Of a stretch of 64,000 nt of DNA, positions 1 through 9,846 are shown piece after piece. This DNA is from an uncultured Rhodospirillales bacterium (lineage in GTDB: Bacteria > Pseudomonadota > Alphaproteobacteria > CACIAM-22H2). Position numbers and translations under genes: made by a program. Every line of letters starts with the position of its first letter. Position 1 is the first letter of the stretch. The notes under the pieces were generated by a model. That model did no database searches and had not been told where the DNA came from. It saw nothing but the letters and a program-made list of their open reading frames with translations. Where the stretch lies: NCBI GenBank assembly GCA_937926175.1, contig CALANV010000018.1, positions 128,621 to 192,620 on the forward strand, given 5' to 3'.

Positions 1-483
1 AGGGGCCGTCGGTGTCTCTGATGCACCGACCATTACCGGCACCTGGTTGCGGATGGGCTCGAGACTCTTGAGGTATGACGCAAGAGCCTGAGCGTCGGCA
101 TCGGTCAGCTTGGCGTAGCTGTGATAGGGCATCACCGGCGCCAGCACGCGCCCGTCGGGCCGCACGCCCGTGCGCACCGCCTTGACGATGTCGGCCTCGC
201 TCCACCGGCCCAGACCCGTCTCCGGATCGGGGGTGAGATTGGGCGGATAGAAGATGCCGAGTCCTGGAATCTGGAAGCCGACCTCCGAACCCGCGAGATA
301 GCGCTGCAGATCGGGCTTGCCGAGCAACGTGCCCGGCGTGTGGCATCCGGTGCAGTCCATGATGGCAGCAAGGTATTCGCCGCGCTGAACCCGATCCTGC
401 GCCGGCACGGGTGTCGCCGTGGACAAGGTCGCCCCCAACAAGCCCAGCCCGATCACGGCCTTCATGACGATCGACGCGTGCAT
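1..483 (-). CDS. periplasmic mono-haem c-type cytochrome, C-terminal part cut by window edge
   Basis: Absent from the ORF track because it runs off the window. My reverse-strand translation from ATG 483..481 (GGAGG 9 nt upstream; second in-frame ATG at 465) gives MHASIVMKAVIGLGLLGATLSTATPVPAQDRVQRGEYLAAIMDCTGCHTPG... This shows a signal peptide plus a CxxCH haem-binding motif (CTGCH, nt 354..340). Confidence 0.7.
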   Translation of the reverse strand, partial: MHASIVMKAVIGLGLLGATLSTATPVPAQDRVQRGEYLAAIMDCTGCHTPGTLLGKPDLQRYLAGSEVGFQIPGLGIFYPPNLTPDPETGLGRWSEADIVKAVRTGVRPDGRVLAPVMPYHSYAKLTDADAQALASYLKSLEPIRNQVPVMVGASETPTAP

Positions 484-801
484 GGATATCAGCCTCCCTC
501 TCCTCGCTTCATCGAAAATGGTCCGGTTCCAAGCCGGATTGCCCCCCAAGGCTCTTTCCAAAACGAGCCTATACTTTCGGAAATGTTCCCGGAAGGCTGA
601 GGTTGAGACGATCGAACATACGTTGTCCCACGAGAGAAAGCCAATCACAACGGCGATCAAGAACAATCTCGCCCGCGTGCGGATCTCACGCGAGCAATTC
701 GCCGTCAAAGACGGAGTGCGACGATCGCCGAGACGGGACGGCCGCGACATCGTCGTCGGAAAGCTCAAAAAGGCCGGCGTCCCCGCGCAACGCAACGATC
801 A

Positions 802-1692
802 CTATCTGTGTCTCGGATCGAGCGCGTCGCGCAGTCCGTCGCCCAGCAGGTTGAACGAGAGGACGAGCAGGAAAATCGACAGGCCCGGCCACACCGCCAT
901 CCACGGCGCGTTGTCGATGTAGTTCTTCGCCGTGTTCAGCATGCTGCCCCAGCTCGGCGCCGGCGGCTGCTGGCCCAGGCCCAGGAACGACAGGCTGGCC
1001 TCGGCGATGATCGCGGCGGCAATCGCGAGCGTCGCCTGCACCATCAACGGCGCCGCGATGTTCGGCAGGATGTGCCGGAACGCGATGCGCAAGGGCGGAT
1101 TGCCGATGGCGCGTGCGGCTTCGACATAGTCTTCGACCTTGGTCGACAGCACGAGCCCGCGCGTCAGGCGGATGAAGATCGGCGTCGCCGAGATGCCGAT
1201 GGCGATCATCGCGTTGGTGAGGCTGGGCCCGAGGAACGCCGCGAGCGCGATCGCCAGAATGAGGAACGGGCAGGCGAGCATGGCATCGGTGATGCGCGAG
1301 ATGATCGCATCCGGCCACCGGCCGAGATAGCCCGCGAGCATGCCGATCGGCACGCCCAGGGACAGCGAAATGGATACCGACACCACACCGGCCAGGAGCG
1401 AGGCGCGGGCACCCCAGATGACGCGGGACAGCACGTCCCGGCCGATCTCGTCGGTGCCGAAGAGATACGTTGCGCTCGGCGGCTTGCGCACGGCGGCCCA
1501 GCTGGTCTTCAGCGGATCGTGCGGTGCGATATAGGGCGCGAGAATCGCGACCGCGACGAAGAACACGATCACGGCGAGACCGAACATCGCCCCGCGCCGG
1601 CGCACGAGGCGCCGGAGCGCGCGCCGGGTCGGGCTCAGCTCGCGGGGGGCGTCGGTCAGGACTTCGGCCGCGGCGGTCGCCATGCCGTTCAC
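802..1692 (-). CDS. ABC transporter permease, DppC/OppC family
   Basis: 296-aa multi-TM ORF with a typical binding-protein-dependent permease core (ASLSFLGLGQQPPAPSWGSML). The GTG start overlaps the upstream stop (GTGA). Confidence 0.85.
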   Translation of the reverse strand: MNGMATAAAEVLTDAPRELSPTRRALRRLVRRRGAMFGLAVIVFFVAVAILAPYIAPHDPLKTSWAAVRKPPSATYLFGTDEIGRDVLSRVIWGARASLLAGVVSVSISLSLGVPIGMLAGYLGRWPDAIISRITDAMLACPFLILAIALAAFLGPSLTNAMIAIGISATPIFIRLTRGLVLSTKVEDYVEAARAIGNPPLRIAFRHILPNIAAPLMVQATLAIAAAIIAEASLSFLGLGQQPPAPSWGSMLNTAKNYIDNAPWMAVWPGLSIFLLVLSFNLLGDGLRDALDPRHR

Positions 1693-2630
1693 CCCCTGAG
1701 CCGCGGATTGACCAGGAAATACGCGAGGTCGGCGAGCAGGTTCAGCGTGATGTACGCCGTCGCCGTGAACAGTACCACGCCCTGGACCACGGCGTAGTCG
1801 CGATTGAATACTGCGTCAACGATGAGCTTGCCGAAGCCCGGGATGGTGAACACCTGTTCGGTCAGCACGGCGCCCGAAAGCAGCGTGCCGAACTCCAGCG
1901 CCCCCAGCGTGATGACGGGGACGAGCGCATTGCGCAGCGCATGCTTGAGGATGACGACGCGCTCGGCGAGGCCCTTGGCGCGCGCCGTACGCACGTAGTC
2001 GGCGCTCAAGACCTGCAGCATGGCGCTGCGGGTATGCCGCATCAGCACCGCGGCGATGGCGTTGCCCAGCACGAATGCGGGCATGATCATGGCGGCGAGA
2101 TTGGCGCCGAGATCTTCCGTCGGCGGGACGTAGCCGGAGGCCGGTAGCCAGCCGAGCGACACCGAGAACAGCAGGATCAGCATGATCCCGAGCCAGAAGT
2201 TCGGCGTCGACAATCCCCACAGCGCGATCACGTTCGCGGCGTAGTCCCAGATCGTGTCCTTCTTGACCGCAGAGACGACGCCTGCGGTGACGCCGATCAC
2301 GAGCGCGATGACGATCGCCATCGAGGCAAGCTGAATCGTCACCGGAAGCTTCTCGAGGATCAGGTCGAGCACCGGCCGCTGAATCCGCAGGGATTCGCCG
2401 AGATCGCCCTGCAGCACCCCGCCGACCCAGTAGAGATAGCGGACCGGCAGCGGCTCATCGAGGTGAAGCCTGGCCCGGAGATAGGCGACGACGTCGGGAT
2501 CGCGCTCCTCGCCGGCGAGGATGATGGCCGGATCGCCGGGCAGCAACTGCTGCAGCCCGAAGATCAGCATCGAGACGAAGACCAGCGTCGGGATGATCGT
2601 GGCCAGACGCTGAACGAGATACGTGAACAT
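1689..2630 (-). CDS. ABC transporter permease, DppB/OppB family
   Basis: ORF 1689..2657. MFTYLVQRLATIIPTLVFVS is a family-typical N-terminus (ATG 2630; alternative ATG 2642). The ORF-track GTG start at 2657 lies inside the 2648..2678 hairpin. Confidence 0.85.
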   Translation of the reverse strand: MFTYLVQRLATIIPTLVFVSMLIFGLQQLLPGDPAIILAGEERDPDVVAYLRARLHLDEPLPVRYLYWVGGVLQGDLGESLRIQRPVLDLILEKLPVTIQLASMAIVIALVIGVTAGVVSAVKKDTIWDYAANVIALWGLSTPNFWLGIMLILLFSVSLGWLPASGYVPPTEDLGANLAAMIMPAFVLGNAIAAVLMRHTRSAMLQVLSADYVRTARAKGLAERVVILKHALRNALVPVITLGALEFGTLLSGAVLTEQVFTIPGFGKLIVDAVFNRDYAVVQGVVLFTATAYITLNLLADLAYFLVNPRLRG

Positions 2631-2647
2631 CGCAGCCGCCATCGCGG

Positions 2648-2678
2648 CCGGCGGCACGGCCCCGCCCCGTGCCGCCGG
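2648..2678 (-). terminator. GC-rich intercistronic stem-loop after the binding-protein gene (attenuator or mRNA-stabiliser candidate)
   Basis: CCGGCGGCACGG-N7-CCGTGCCGCCGG, a perfect 12-bp stem about 15 nt downstream of the SBP stop codon. No U-tract. Confidence 0.4.
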
Positions 2679-2693
2679 ACCATCACGTTCGGA

Positions 2694-4202
2694 TCAGCTC
2701 ATCTTCAGGCCCTGGACGCGAATCATCCCGTCGGGGACGGTGCGCAGGCCGCTGAGCTTGTTCGTGTACGCCCATAGCCAGTAGCGGTGATAGAGATAGA
2801 TGATCGGGCGGTCCTTCGAGACCTGTGCGGCGACCTGCTCGTAGATCTTCTTCCGCGCCTCGACGTCGAGCGTCGTGCGTGCCTGATTGATGAGGGCGTC
2901 GACCTCAGGATTGGAATAGCCGGAATTGTTGAGCGGCGCGCCGGTATGCAGGAACGAATACAGGTTTCCGTCCGGGTCGGCGCGGCCGCTCCACGCCAGC
3001 ACATAGGCCTCGAACTGGCCCTTGTCGGCGAGATTGAGCGACGTCGCGAACTCCGTCGACTGGATCTTGACGTCGAACCCGGCTTCCGCCGCCATGGCCT
3101 GGACGACCTGCGCGATCTTCTGCTGGTCGGTGTTGGTCGGCGTCATCAGCGTGAAGCTGGGGTTGGTGACACCCGCCTCCTTCAACAGCGCCTTGGCCTT
3201 CGCCACGTCCCGCTTCGGGATCGGGACGTTCTTCGCGTAGAACGGATTGCCGGGCGGCACCCATTGGTTCCCCGGCTGCGATTCGCCCTCCATCACGACC
3301 TGGACGATCGCGTCGCGATCGAGCGACAGCTCGAACGCCTCGCGGACGCGCGGATCGCGCCCCAGCGGGTTCTTTTGCGCGAGCTCGCTCTTGTTCACGT
3401 TGATGGTGATGCCCTGATAGCCGAGCTCGACGATCTTCGAGATCTTGAAACGGCTGTCGGACCGGAGCCCCGGAATGTCGGACGCCGCGACGCGCTCGAT
3501 GAAGTCGAGCTGGCCCGAGCGAAGATTGGCGAGGCGAACCGTCGCATCCGTGATCGGCACGTAGACGATCCGGTCGAAATGGATCTCGTCCTTGTTCCAG
3601 TAATTCGCGTAGCGCTCAAGCGTGATGCGGTCCTGCGCGATGCGCTCGACGAACTTGAACGGACCCGAGCAGACCGGTGCCGCGCCGAAGTTCTGGCCGG
3701 CGGCCTGGGCCGCCTTGGGCGATACCATCATGCCGGCGCGGTCGGTCAGCATGGCGAGCAGCGGCGAGAACGGCGCCGAAAGATTGAGCCGGACGGTATA
3801 TTCGTCGACGACGTCGACGCTCGTCACCGGCGCCAGCTCGCCCCGCCGGTTCGAGCCGGGCATCGTCTTGTGGCGCTCGATGTTGAACTTGACGGCCTCG
3901 GCATTGAACTTTTCGCCGTCGTGAAAGGTCACGCCCTCGCGCAGCTTGATGAGCAGCGACTTGTTGTCGCCGGACCATTCATAGGCGGTCGCAAGCTGCG
4001 GGACGATGTTCAGGTTCTCGTCGAGGTCGAACAGCTTGTCGCACAGCGCCGCGAAGACGATGCGCCCGACGAAGGTGCGCGCGAGCGTCGGATCGAGGAT
4101 GTCGGGATCCTCGGCGAGCCCGATGCGGAGCGTCTGTGCCGACGCGGCACCCGCGGCCACCGCGATGGCCGCGGCGAGCATCAATCCCTTGACCTTTCGC
4201 AT
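2694..4202 (-). CDS. ABC transporter substrate-binding protein, family 5 (DppA/OppA-like)
   Basis: 502 aa with signal peptide MRKVKGLMLAAAIAVAAGAASAQT. Length and sequence are typical of peptide/nickel-type SBPs, and it sits inside the Dpp-type operon. Confidence 0.85.
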   Translation of the reverse strand: MRKVKGLMLAAAIAVAAGAASAQTLRIGLAEDPDILDPTLARTFVGRIVFAALCDKLFDLDENLNIVPQLATAYEWSGDNKSLLIKLREGVTFHDGEKFNAEAVKFNIERHKTMPGSNRRGELAPVTSVDVVDEYTVRLNLSAPFSPLLAMLTDRAGMMVSPKAAQAAGQNFGAAPVCSGPFKFVERIAQDRITLERYANYWNKDEIHFDRIVYVPITDATVRLANLRSGQLDFIERVAASDIPGLRSDSRFKISKIVELGYQGITINVNKSELAQKNPLGRDPRVREAFELSLDRDAIVQVVMEGESQPGNQWVPPGNPFYAKNVPIPKRDVAKAKALLKEAGVTNPSFTLMTPTNTDQQKIAQVVQAMAAEAGFDVKIQSTEFATSLNLADKGQFEAYVLAWSGRADPDGNLYSFLHTGAPLNNSGYSNPEVDALINQARTTLDVEARKKIYEQVAAQVSKDRPIIYLYHRYWLWAYTNKLSGLRTVPDGMIRVQGLKMS

Positions 4203-4259
4203 TCCTGATTCTCCCTGTTCAAGACGTCTCCGAATCCGATTTACCCGGATCCCGCCCGG

Positions 4260-5408
4260 TTATTCCGGAACATTAGACACCGTCGGCGATGGCGCGCCAA
4301 GCGGTGCGCCCCTGGCCTGCGGTGGCGGGCGTCGGAAGAAGGATTGCAGGCGGCGCAGCCGCTCGGCTCCGGCCCCCGCGCCGGCCGGCACCGCGTCCGC
4401 CGGCCGCTCGATTTCCCGCCAGAAATGGCACGCCGTCGCATGGCCCGAGGCGTCGGGAACGAGGGCCGGTTCCTCGGCCCGGCACCGCGGCCGGGCATGA
4501 GGACAGCGCGTATGAAACCGGCATCCCGACGGCGGGTCGATGGGGCTGGGGACGTCGCCCTGAAGAAGGGTGCGCTGACGCCGGATGCCGGTGTCCGGCA
4601 CCGGGATCGCCGACAGCAGCGCCTGCGTATAGGGATGTCGCGGCTGCCGGAACAACGCCGTCTTGTCCGCGATCTCGACGATCTTGCCGAGATACATGAC
4701 CGCGACGCGCGTCGCGATGTGCTTCACTACCGCGAGATCGTGCGCGATGAACACGTAGCTCAGGCCGAAATGCGCCTGCAGGTCCATGAGAAGATTCACG
4801 ACCTGGGCCTGGATGGAGACGTCGAGCGCCGAGACCGGCTCGTCGCAGACGATGAGGTGCGGTTCGACCGCGAGCGCGCGGGCGATGCCGATGCGTTGCC
4901 GCTGTCCGCCCGAAAATTCGTGCGGATAGCGCTGGGCGTGATAGTCGGCGAGACCGACAAGGCGGAGCAGCTCGGCGACGCGCGCCTTCGCGGCCGCGCC
5001 GCTCGCAAGCCCGTGGAGTGCCAACGGCTCCGACAGGATCTGCCCGACCGTCATGCGGGGATTGAGCGAGGCATACGGGTCCTGGAAGATGATCTGCATC
5101 TCGCGCCGCAGGGCCCGCATGCCGCGCGTGTCCTGCGCGAACACGTCACGGCCGCGGAACCAGACGCGGCCCGCGGTCGGCTCGATGAGGCGCAGGATGA
5201 GACGGCCGGTCGTCGATTTGCCGCATCCGCTCTCGCCGACCAGTCCCAGCGTCTCGCCCCGGCGCATGTCGAAACTGATGCCGTCGACGGCCTTGACCCA
5301 CGCCGTCGCGCGCCCGAGGAGGTTGCGTCGCGCGGGGAAATGTTTGACCAGGCCCTCCACCCGGAGTAGCGGCGTCACGTCGTGCGTTTGCGCCGGCACG
5401 CCCGTCAC
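4260..5408 (-). CDS. ABC transporter ATP-binding protein (DppF/OppF-like)
   Basis: Walker [10 protein letters not shown], signature FSGGQRQR, Walker B LIVCDEP. I placed the start at GTG 5408, which overlaps the upstream stop (GTGA), rather than at the ORF-track start 5534. It carries a Pro/Ala/Arg-rich C-terminal tail of about 50 aa. Confidence 0.8.
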   Translation of the reverse strand: MTGVPAQTHDVTPLLRVEGLVKHFPARRNLLGRATAWVKAVDGISFDMRRGETLGLVGESGCGKSTTGRLILRLIEPTAGRVWFRGRDVFAQDTRGMRALRREMQIIFQDPYASLNPRMTVGQILSEPLALHGLASGAAAKARVAELLRLVGLADYHAQRYPHEFSGGQRQRIGIARALAVEPHLIVCDEPVSALDVSIQAQVVNLLMDLQAHFGLSYVFIAHDLAVVKHIATRVAVMYLGKIVEIADKTALFRQPRHPYTQALLSAIPVPDTGIRRQRTLLQGDVPSPIDPPSGCRFHTRCPHARPRCRAEEPALVPDASGHATACHFWREIERPADAVPAGAGAGAERLRRLQSFFRRPPPQARGAPLGAPSPTVSNVPE

Positions 5409-6388
5409 AGCACGTGCTCCTCGAGCGGCACCCGCCAGCAGGCAGCACGGTGGCCCGGCTTCACCTCGGCGAGCGGCGGCGCCTCGCGCCGGCACAGGTC
5501 GGTCGCGAACGGACAGCGCGGACTGAAGCGGCATCCGCCCGGCATCGCCAGTGGATTCGGCACCGTGCCCTCGATCGCGGCGAGCCGGTCCTGGACGACG
5601 TGCAGCTTCGGAATCGAGCCGAGCAAGCCGATCGTATAGGGATGCTGCGGCTCGTCGAACACGCGCGCGACCGACGCCTGTTCGACGATGCGGCCCGCAT
5701 ACATGACGACGACGTCGTGCGCGAGCTCGGCGACGACGCCGAGATCATGCGTGATGAGGATGATGGCCGTGCCCATCTCCTCGCGCAGGCGGCGCATCAG
5801 GTCCAGGATCTGTGCCTGGATCGTGACGTCGAGCGCCGTGGTCGGCTCGTCGGCGATCAACAGCTTCGGATCGCAGGCGAGCGCCATCGCGATCATCACC
5901 CGCTGACGCATGCCGCCCGAAAGCCGGTGCGGATAGTCGTCGATGCGGCGTTCGGGCGAGGGAATGCGGACCCGGCGCAGCATCTCGATCGCATGCGCCC
6001 GTGCCTCGGCACGGCCGATGCGCCAATGACGGCGGATGACCTCGATGATCTGGTCGCCGACGGTGAACGCCGGGTTGAGCGAGGTCATCGGCTCCTGAAA
6101 GATCATCGACAGCTTGTTGCCGCGAAGATCGCTCATGGCGTAGCGATCGAGCTTCAGCAGATCGACGCCATCGAAAACAATCTCGCCACCGGCGATGCGG
6201 CCCGGCGGCTGCGGCACGAGGCCCATGATCGACAGCGCCGTCACGCTTTTGCCGCAACCGGACTCACCCACGATGCCGAGCGTGTGGCCGGGCGCGAGCG
6301 CGAAGCTCACGCCATCGACGGCACGAAACTCGCCGGCGTCGCCGGCGAAGTAGGTCTTGAGATCCCGCACCTCGAGGAGAGGCGTCAT
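5405..6388 (-). CDS. ABC transporter ATP-binding protein (DppD/OppD-like)
   Basis: Walker [10 protein letters not shown], signature LSGGMRQR, Walker [13 protein letters not shown]. 4-nt overlap with the upstream gene. Confidence 0.85.
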   Translation of the reverse strand: MTPLLEVRDLKTYFAGDAGEFRAVDGVSFALAPGHTLGIVGESGCGKSVTALSIMGLVPQPPGRIAGGEIVFDGVDLLKLDRYAMSDLRGNKLSMIFQEPMTSLNPAFTVGDQIIEVIRRHWRIGRAEARAHAIEMLRRVRIPSPERRIDDYPHRLSGGMRQRVMIAMALACDPKLLIADEPTTALDVTIQAQILDLMRRLREEMGTAIILITHDLGVVAELAHDVVVMYAGRIVEQASVARVFDEPQHPYTIGLLGSIPKLHVVQDRLAAIEGTVPNPLAMPGGCRFSPRCPFATDLCRREAPPLAEVKPGHRAACWRVPLEEHVL

Positions 6389-7098
6389 CGCGAGTCCGGC
6401 GGCGCGTGTCGGGCGATCTCCGCCTCGATGACCGCCCGGTCAAAGACGCCGCCGGGCCAATCGCGTCGGGCGAAGAATTTCATGAAATGAACGAACCGCT
6501 CCTGGCTTTTCGCATAAAGCCGCTGCAGTTCGCGGAGCGGATCGGGGTGATCGTCGACGCGGAGGCTGAGCTCCGGATATTCCTCGGTCGAATAGATGAT
6601 GAGCGCCGCCGACTGCTTGCCGCGCTTGTCGCCGCCCGCCGCCTCGCCGGCCTCGAGTGCATGGATCAGACGCTCGGCGAACGGCTGATCGATATTGGCC
6701 GTGTAGGCGGCGGCCGTATCCGCGACGACCCAGGGACCCGCGAGCATGTTGCCGGCCACGGAGAAGCCGTCACCGGTAACATGGCCGCACCAGTCGATGC
6801 ATTCGTCCCCCGTGTGCACGGCGACGCGGCCCGCGCCGTCGACGACGTGCAACTGGCGATGCGCACGGCCCGGATCCGAGCCGATCAGGATGGCGACGAC
6901 GTCGGCAGCGGGCACGCCTTCCTGCAGCAGTCGAAGGCCGCGTGGTCCATAGGTCGGATTCACGAGCGCCTGGGTCGAAAGTGCGCCAACGCCGCCCAGC
7001 GCATAGGGACAGAGCGCCCCGACCGCGAAGAACCGCGTGCTGATCGCGACGCCGAAGGCGTTCGTCCGAGGGTCGCGAGCAACGATCGACCAGGTCAT
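6385..7098 (-). CDS. DUF1028 family protein (Ntn-hydrolase-like fold)
   Basis: 237 aa. The [10 protein letters not shown]-terminus has Thr2 as the putative N-terminal nucleophile, and a [12 protein letters not shown] motif is present. It is the first gene of the Dpp-type operon. Confidence 0.7.
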   Translation of the reverse strand: MTWSIVARDPRTNAFGVAISTRFFAVGALCPYALGGVGALSTQALVNPTYGPRGLRLLQEGVPAADVVAILIGSDPGRAHRQLHVVDGAGRVAVHTGDECIDWCGHVTGDGFSVAGNMLAGPWVVADTAAAYTANIDQPFAERLIHALEAGEAAGGDKRGKQSAALIIYSTEEYPELSLRVDDHPDPLRELQRLYAKSQERFVHFMKFFARRDWPGGVFDRAVIEAEIARHAPPDSR

Positions 7099-7130
7099 TC
7101 GGCCTTCCCTGGCTGCCGGTATCCGAGACC

Positions 7131-8342
7131 CTAACGCCCGCCGGCGCGACGCTCAAGCGCACGCAGCACGAAGCCGAACGCGATCCCGATCGATGCCGCC
7201 GTCACGAGCACGACCGGCGACCAATGCCAACTTCCGACGGCCGCCGCCAGGGCCGCCGTTAGCGGCGGGCCGACCGCCTGGCCCAGATTGGAGCCCTGCA
7301 TGATCAGGCCGTTCGTCGCCGCGATCAGATGCGGGCTCGGCGCATGAACGGGTGCCGCCCCCAGCAACGTCGAGGGTATCATGCCGCACAACAGCGAGAA
7401 GGCGACGGCAAACCCGTAGCGAAGCCAGAGCGGAAACGCCGGCGCATAGATGCCGAGCGCGAGAAGCCCCATGATCGCGCTCACCACCACGACCACCGCC
7501 CAACGCGGCGCGCCGCGGTGAAGGATCATTCCACCCATGAGGTTGCCCGGAACGTTGGCCGCGATGGCGATTGCCGTCAACCCAGCGGCCGCAGCCTGCG
7601 ACAGGCCTTCCTCTTCGACGAGAATTGTCGGCAGAAAGCCGAAGACGACGAGGTACTGCAGCGCGTAGCTCGCGAACGCAAGCGCGAGCACCGGCGGGCC
7701 GGGCGACGTCAGGGTCCGCCACATGTCGCCCAATATCGATGAAGACAGCTCCGTCCGTCGCGGTGCGACATAGGCCTGCGTCGTGCGCGCCAGCAGTATT
7801 GCGAACAGGGCAACCAGGACCGCGTTCGCAACCCACAGTCCGCGCCAGCCGAATGGCGCCAAAAGAAGCGGCGAAAGCGCCATCATCGTGGCCGTGCCGG
7901 CCGGCATGTAGGCGCCCCAAGCGCCGAACGCGAGCTTGAGATCGTCGGGCGCTGCCGCCCGCACGATCAGGCCGGGCGTTGCGGTGACAACCACGACGAA
8001 TCCGAGGCCTTCGAGGAAGCGGCTGGTGAGCAGCGCCGCCGCCCCCTGTGCCGCGGCGCCCACGAGACTCGCCAGCGCCACGACCGCGAGCCCCGTGAGG
8101 ACCATGCGCCGGTGGCCGATCCGGTCGGCGAGCACGCCGATCGCCATGCCCGTGACCAATCCGATCACGTTGAACATCGAGATGACCCAGCCTGCCGTGA
8201 CGAGGCTGAGGCGGAGATCGTCGCGTAGAATGGGGAGTGCGGCGGGGGCCTTGCCGATCTGAAAGGCGACGACGACGCCGGCGCCGACCAAGAGCAGGAC
8301 GACAAACCAGTTGGTGGGGGACGATCGCGTGGTGGACTCCAT
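7131..8342 (-). CDS. MFS transporter
   Basis: 403-aa hydrophobic ORF with about 12 TM segments and an MFS loop-type motif (LADRIGHRRMV). Confidence 0.8.
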   Translation of the reverse strand: MESTTRSSPTNWFVVLLLVGAGVVVAFQIGKAPAALPILRDDLRLSLVTAGWVISMFNVIGLVTGMAIGVLADRIGHRRMVLTGLAVVALASLVGAAAQGAAALLTSRFLEGLGFVVVVTATPGLIVRAAAPDDLKLAFGAWGAYMPAGTATMMALSPLLLAPFGWRGLWVANAVLVALFAILLARTTQAYVAPRRTELSSSILGDMWRTLTSPGPPVLALAFASYALQYLVVFGFLPTILVEEEGLSQAAAAGLTAIAIAANVPGNLMGGMILHRGAPRWAVVVVVSAIMGLLALGIYAPAFPLWLRYGFAVAFSLLCGMIPSTLLGAAPVHAPSPHLIAATNGLIMQGSNLGQAVGPPLTAALAAAVGSWHWSPVVLVTAASIGIAFGFVLRALERRAGGR

Positions 8343-8450
8343 TGCCGCGGGACCTTACCGAGTCGCCCGCACCATCACAACGGCCCATCGTCCTTGCGGA
8401 CGTGCATGCCGGCCGTTATGCCGGGGCATTCATATCCGCAAGAGGGACAC

Positions 8451-8872
8451 ATGAACGCACGGGCGTTCATCGAAAGGCGGCGGCTGAGCTGGGGCGAGGC
8501 CGATCCGGCCGGTACCATCTATGCGCCGCGCGCGATCGATTTCGCGATTCAGGCGATCGAGGCGGCATGGATCGACGCGGTCGGGCTGTCCTTCCGCGCG
8601 CGTTTCAGATCCGGCACGGCATCGGCACGCCGTGGGTCCACACGTCGTGCGAGTTCGAGAAACCGCTCCATGCCGGCGAGCCATTCGAGCTGCGGCTCTG
8701 GCTGGAGAAGATTGGCAGCACGTCCTTCGTCTGGCGCGGCGAAGCAGCGCGCCCCGCGGGCGAGATCCTGTTCCGCCTCAAGCTCGTGTCCGTCATGGTC
8801 GATCTGTCGACCGGCAAAGCGCAAGCGATTCCCGAGGATATCCGCGCGAAGCTTTCGCGCTATGTCGCTTGA
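8451..8872 (+). pseudogene. 4HBT-fold acyl-CoA thioesterase (YbgC-like) with a broken reading frame
   Basis: The N-terminal half (MNARAFIERRRLSWGEADPAGTIYAPRAIDFAIQAIEAAWIDAVGLSFRA) lies in the frame of ORF 8394..8951. The C-terminal half (FQIRHGIGTPWVHTSCEFEKPLHAGEPFELRLWLEKIGSTSFVW...AIPEDIRAKLSRYVA) lies in the frame of ORF 8237..8872. The span is 422 nt (3n+2). The frames switch at the CGCGCGCG tract 8595..8602. Confidence 0.6.
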
Positions 8873-9082
8873 AGAGGCCGCCGGGCCACACCTGATGTGG
8901 TGCACGCGCATCCCGACGGGCGTTCGGGAGAGCAATCGGGTCGCCCTGTGACGGCCCGGTGCCCTTGTCACAGCGAAGTCCCCGCCTTGCCGCTGAAATA
9001 TCTGAAATAGAACGTCGGGGTTGCACGTTCCCCCTTGCGCTACGGGCTCGCTTGCGGTGCCCGACAAGGACGACGTCGCCCT

Positions 9083-9511
9083 ATGAAGCTGTCCCGAATG
9101 GCCTTGCCCGTCATCGCCGTGCTGGTCGCCGTTGCAGGTCCCGCCCCCGCCCACGGCCACCATCGTCATCACCGGCCGTACACGTACGAGTACCGGATCG
9201 GCGGCTGCAAATACGCGTACAAGGCCGGCCGGCACGGGTTCAAAGAGGAATACAAGTGCAGGCGCGCGCCGCACGTCCATGTCGTGCGTCCGCTCGTCGT
9301 GGTGTGGGAGCCGGCCCCGATCCATCAGTTGCCGCGCGCGTACGATATCTATGCGGTGCCGACCCGTGATGTCGCGCCGTCCGGCGGTCGTTACTGCCGC
9401 GAGTATCAGCACACGGCTACGATCGGCGGGCGGCCGCAGCAGGTCTATGGAACGGCCTGCCTGATGCCGGACGGGTCGTGGCAGATCGTCGATCGACGCG
9501 CCGGCCGATGA
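9083..9511 (+). CDS. small secreted His/Cys-rich protein, function unknown
   Basis: Start at MKLSRMALPVIAVLVAVAGPAPA (signal peptide) inside ORF 9035..9511. The mature N-terminus is HGHHRHHRPY. There are four Cys, and the C-terminal segment is YCREYQHTATIGGRPQQVYGTACLMPDGSWQIV. Confidence 0.5.
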   Translation: MKLSRMALPVIAVLVAVAGPAPAHGHHRHHRPYTYEYRIGGCKYAYKAGRHGFKEEYKCRRAPHVHVVRPLVVVWEPAPIHQLPRAYDIYAVPTRDVAPSGGRYCREYQHTATIGGRPQQVYGTACLMPDGSWQIVDRRAGR

Positions 9512-9709
9512 GACCCTCGCCCACCTGACGACGGCAAGACCGTCGCCGATCGCAGAACCTCGGCCGCGCCGACGACTGCCGAATTCTTGACCATCTCGAC
9601 GATCGAGGGGCTGTCGACGCCCCCTCGACCCGGAATGATGATGCCCGTCGGCCGGGCGCCGGTGCGACGGCATCGCCCGGTACCCTCCCCGGTGCCAGCC
9701 GGCACGGGC

Positions 9710-9732
9710 GATTGTTTGACGGTCAAACAATC
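9710..9732. promoter_or_regulatory. perfect 23-bp palindrome, operator candidate upstream of the first Liv-type operon
   Basis: GATTGTTTGAC-G-GTCAAACAATC (11-nt arms), locally AT-rich, 115 nt upstream of the SBP start at 9847. Confidence 0.4.
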
Positions 9733-9846
9733 TTTCATTAGGCTCGATCACCACAAGACAAGCCCGAAAACGGGCACGCGGACGACAGGACGCGACAAGC
9801 GGTCGCCGATGGCGACCGAAACAGGTGAAGGGAGGAGACGCAGTCG

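Noticed and set aside
419-922. 167-aa plus-strand ORF spanning the cytochrome c / DppC intergenic region
   Set aside because: It overlaps the cytochrome c start region and the DppC 3' end in antisense. It has no motif and no SD. The region 484-801 is more likely a promoter/terminator spacer.
8237-8951. Two overlapping ORFs (8237-8872 and 8394-8951) as separate genes
   Set aside because: Each carries only half of a thioesterase domain plus implausible flanking sequence. One frameshifted gene explains them better.
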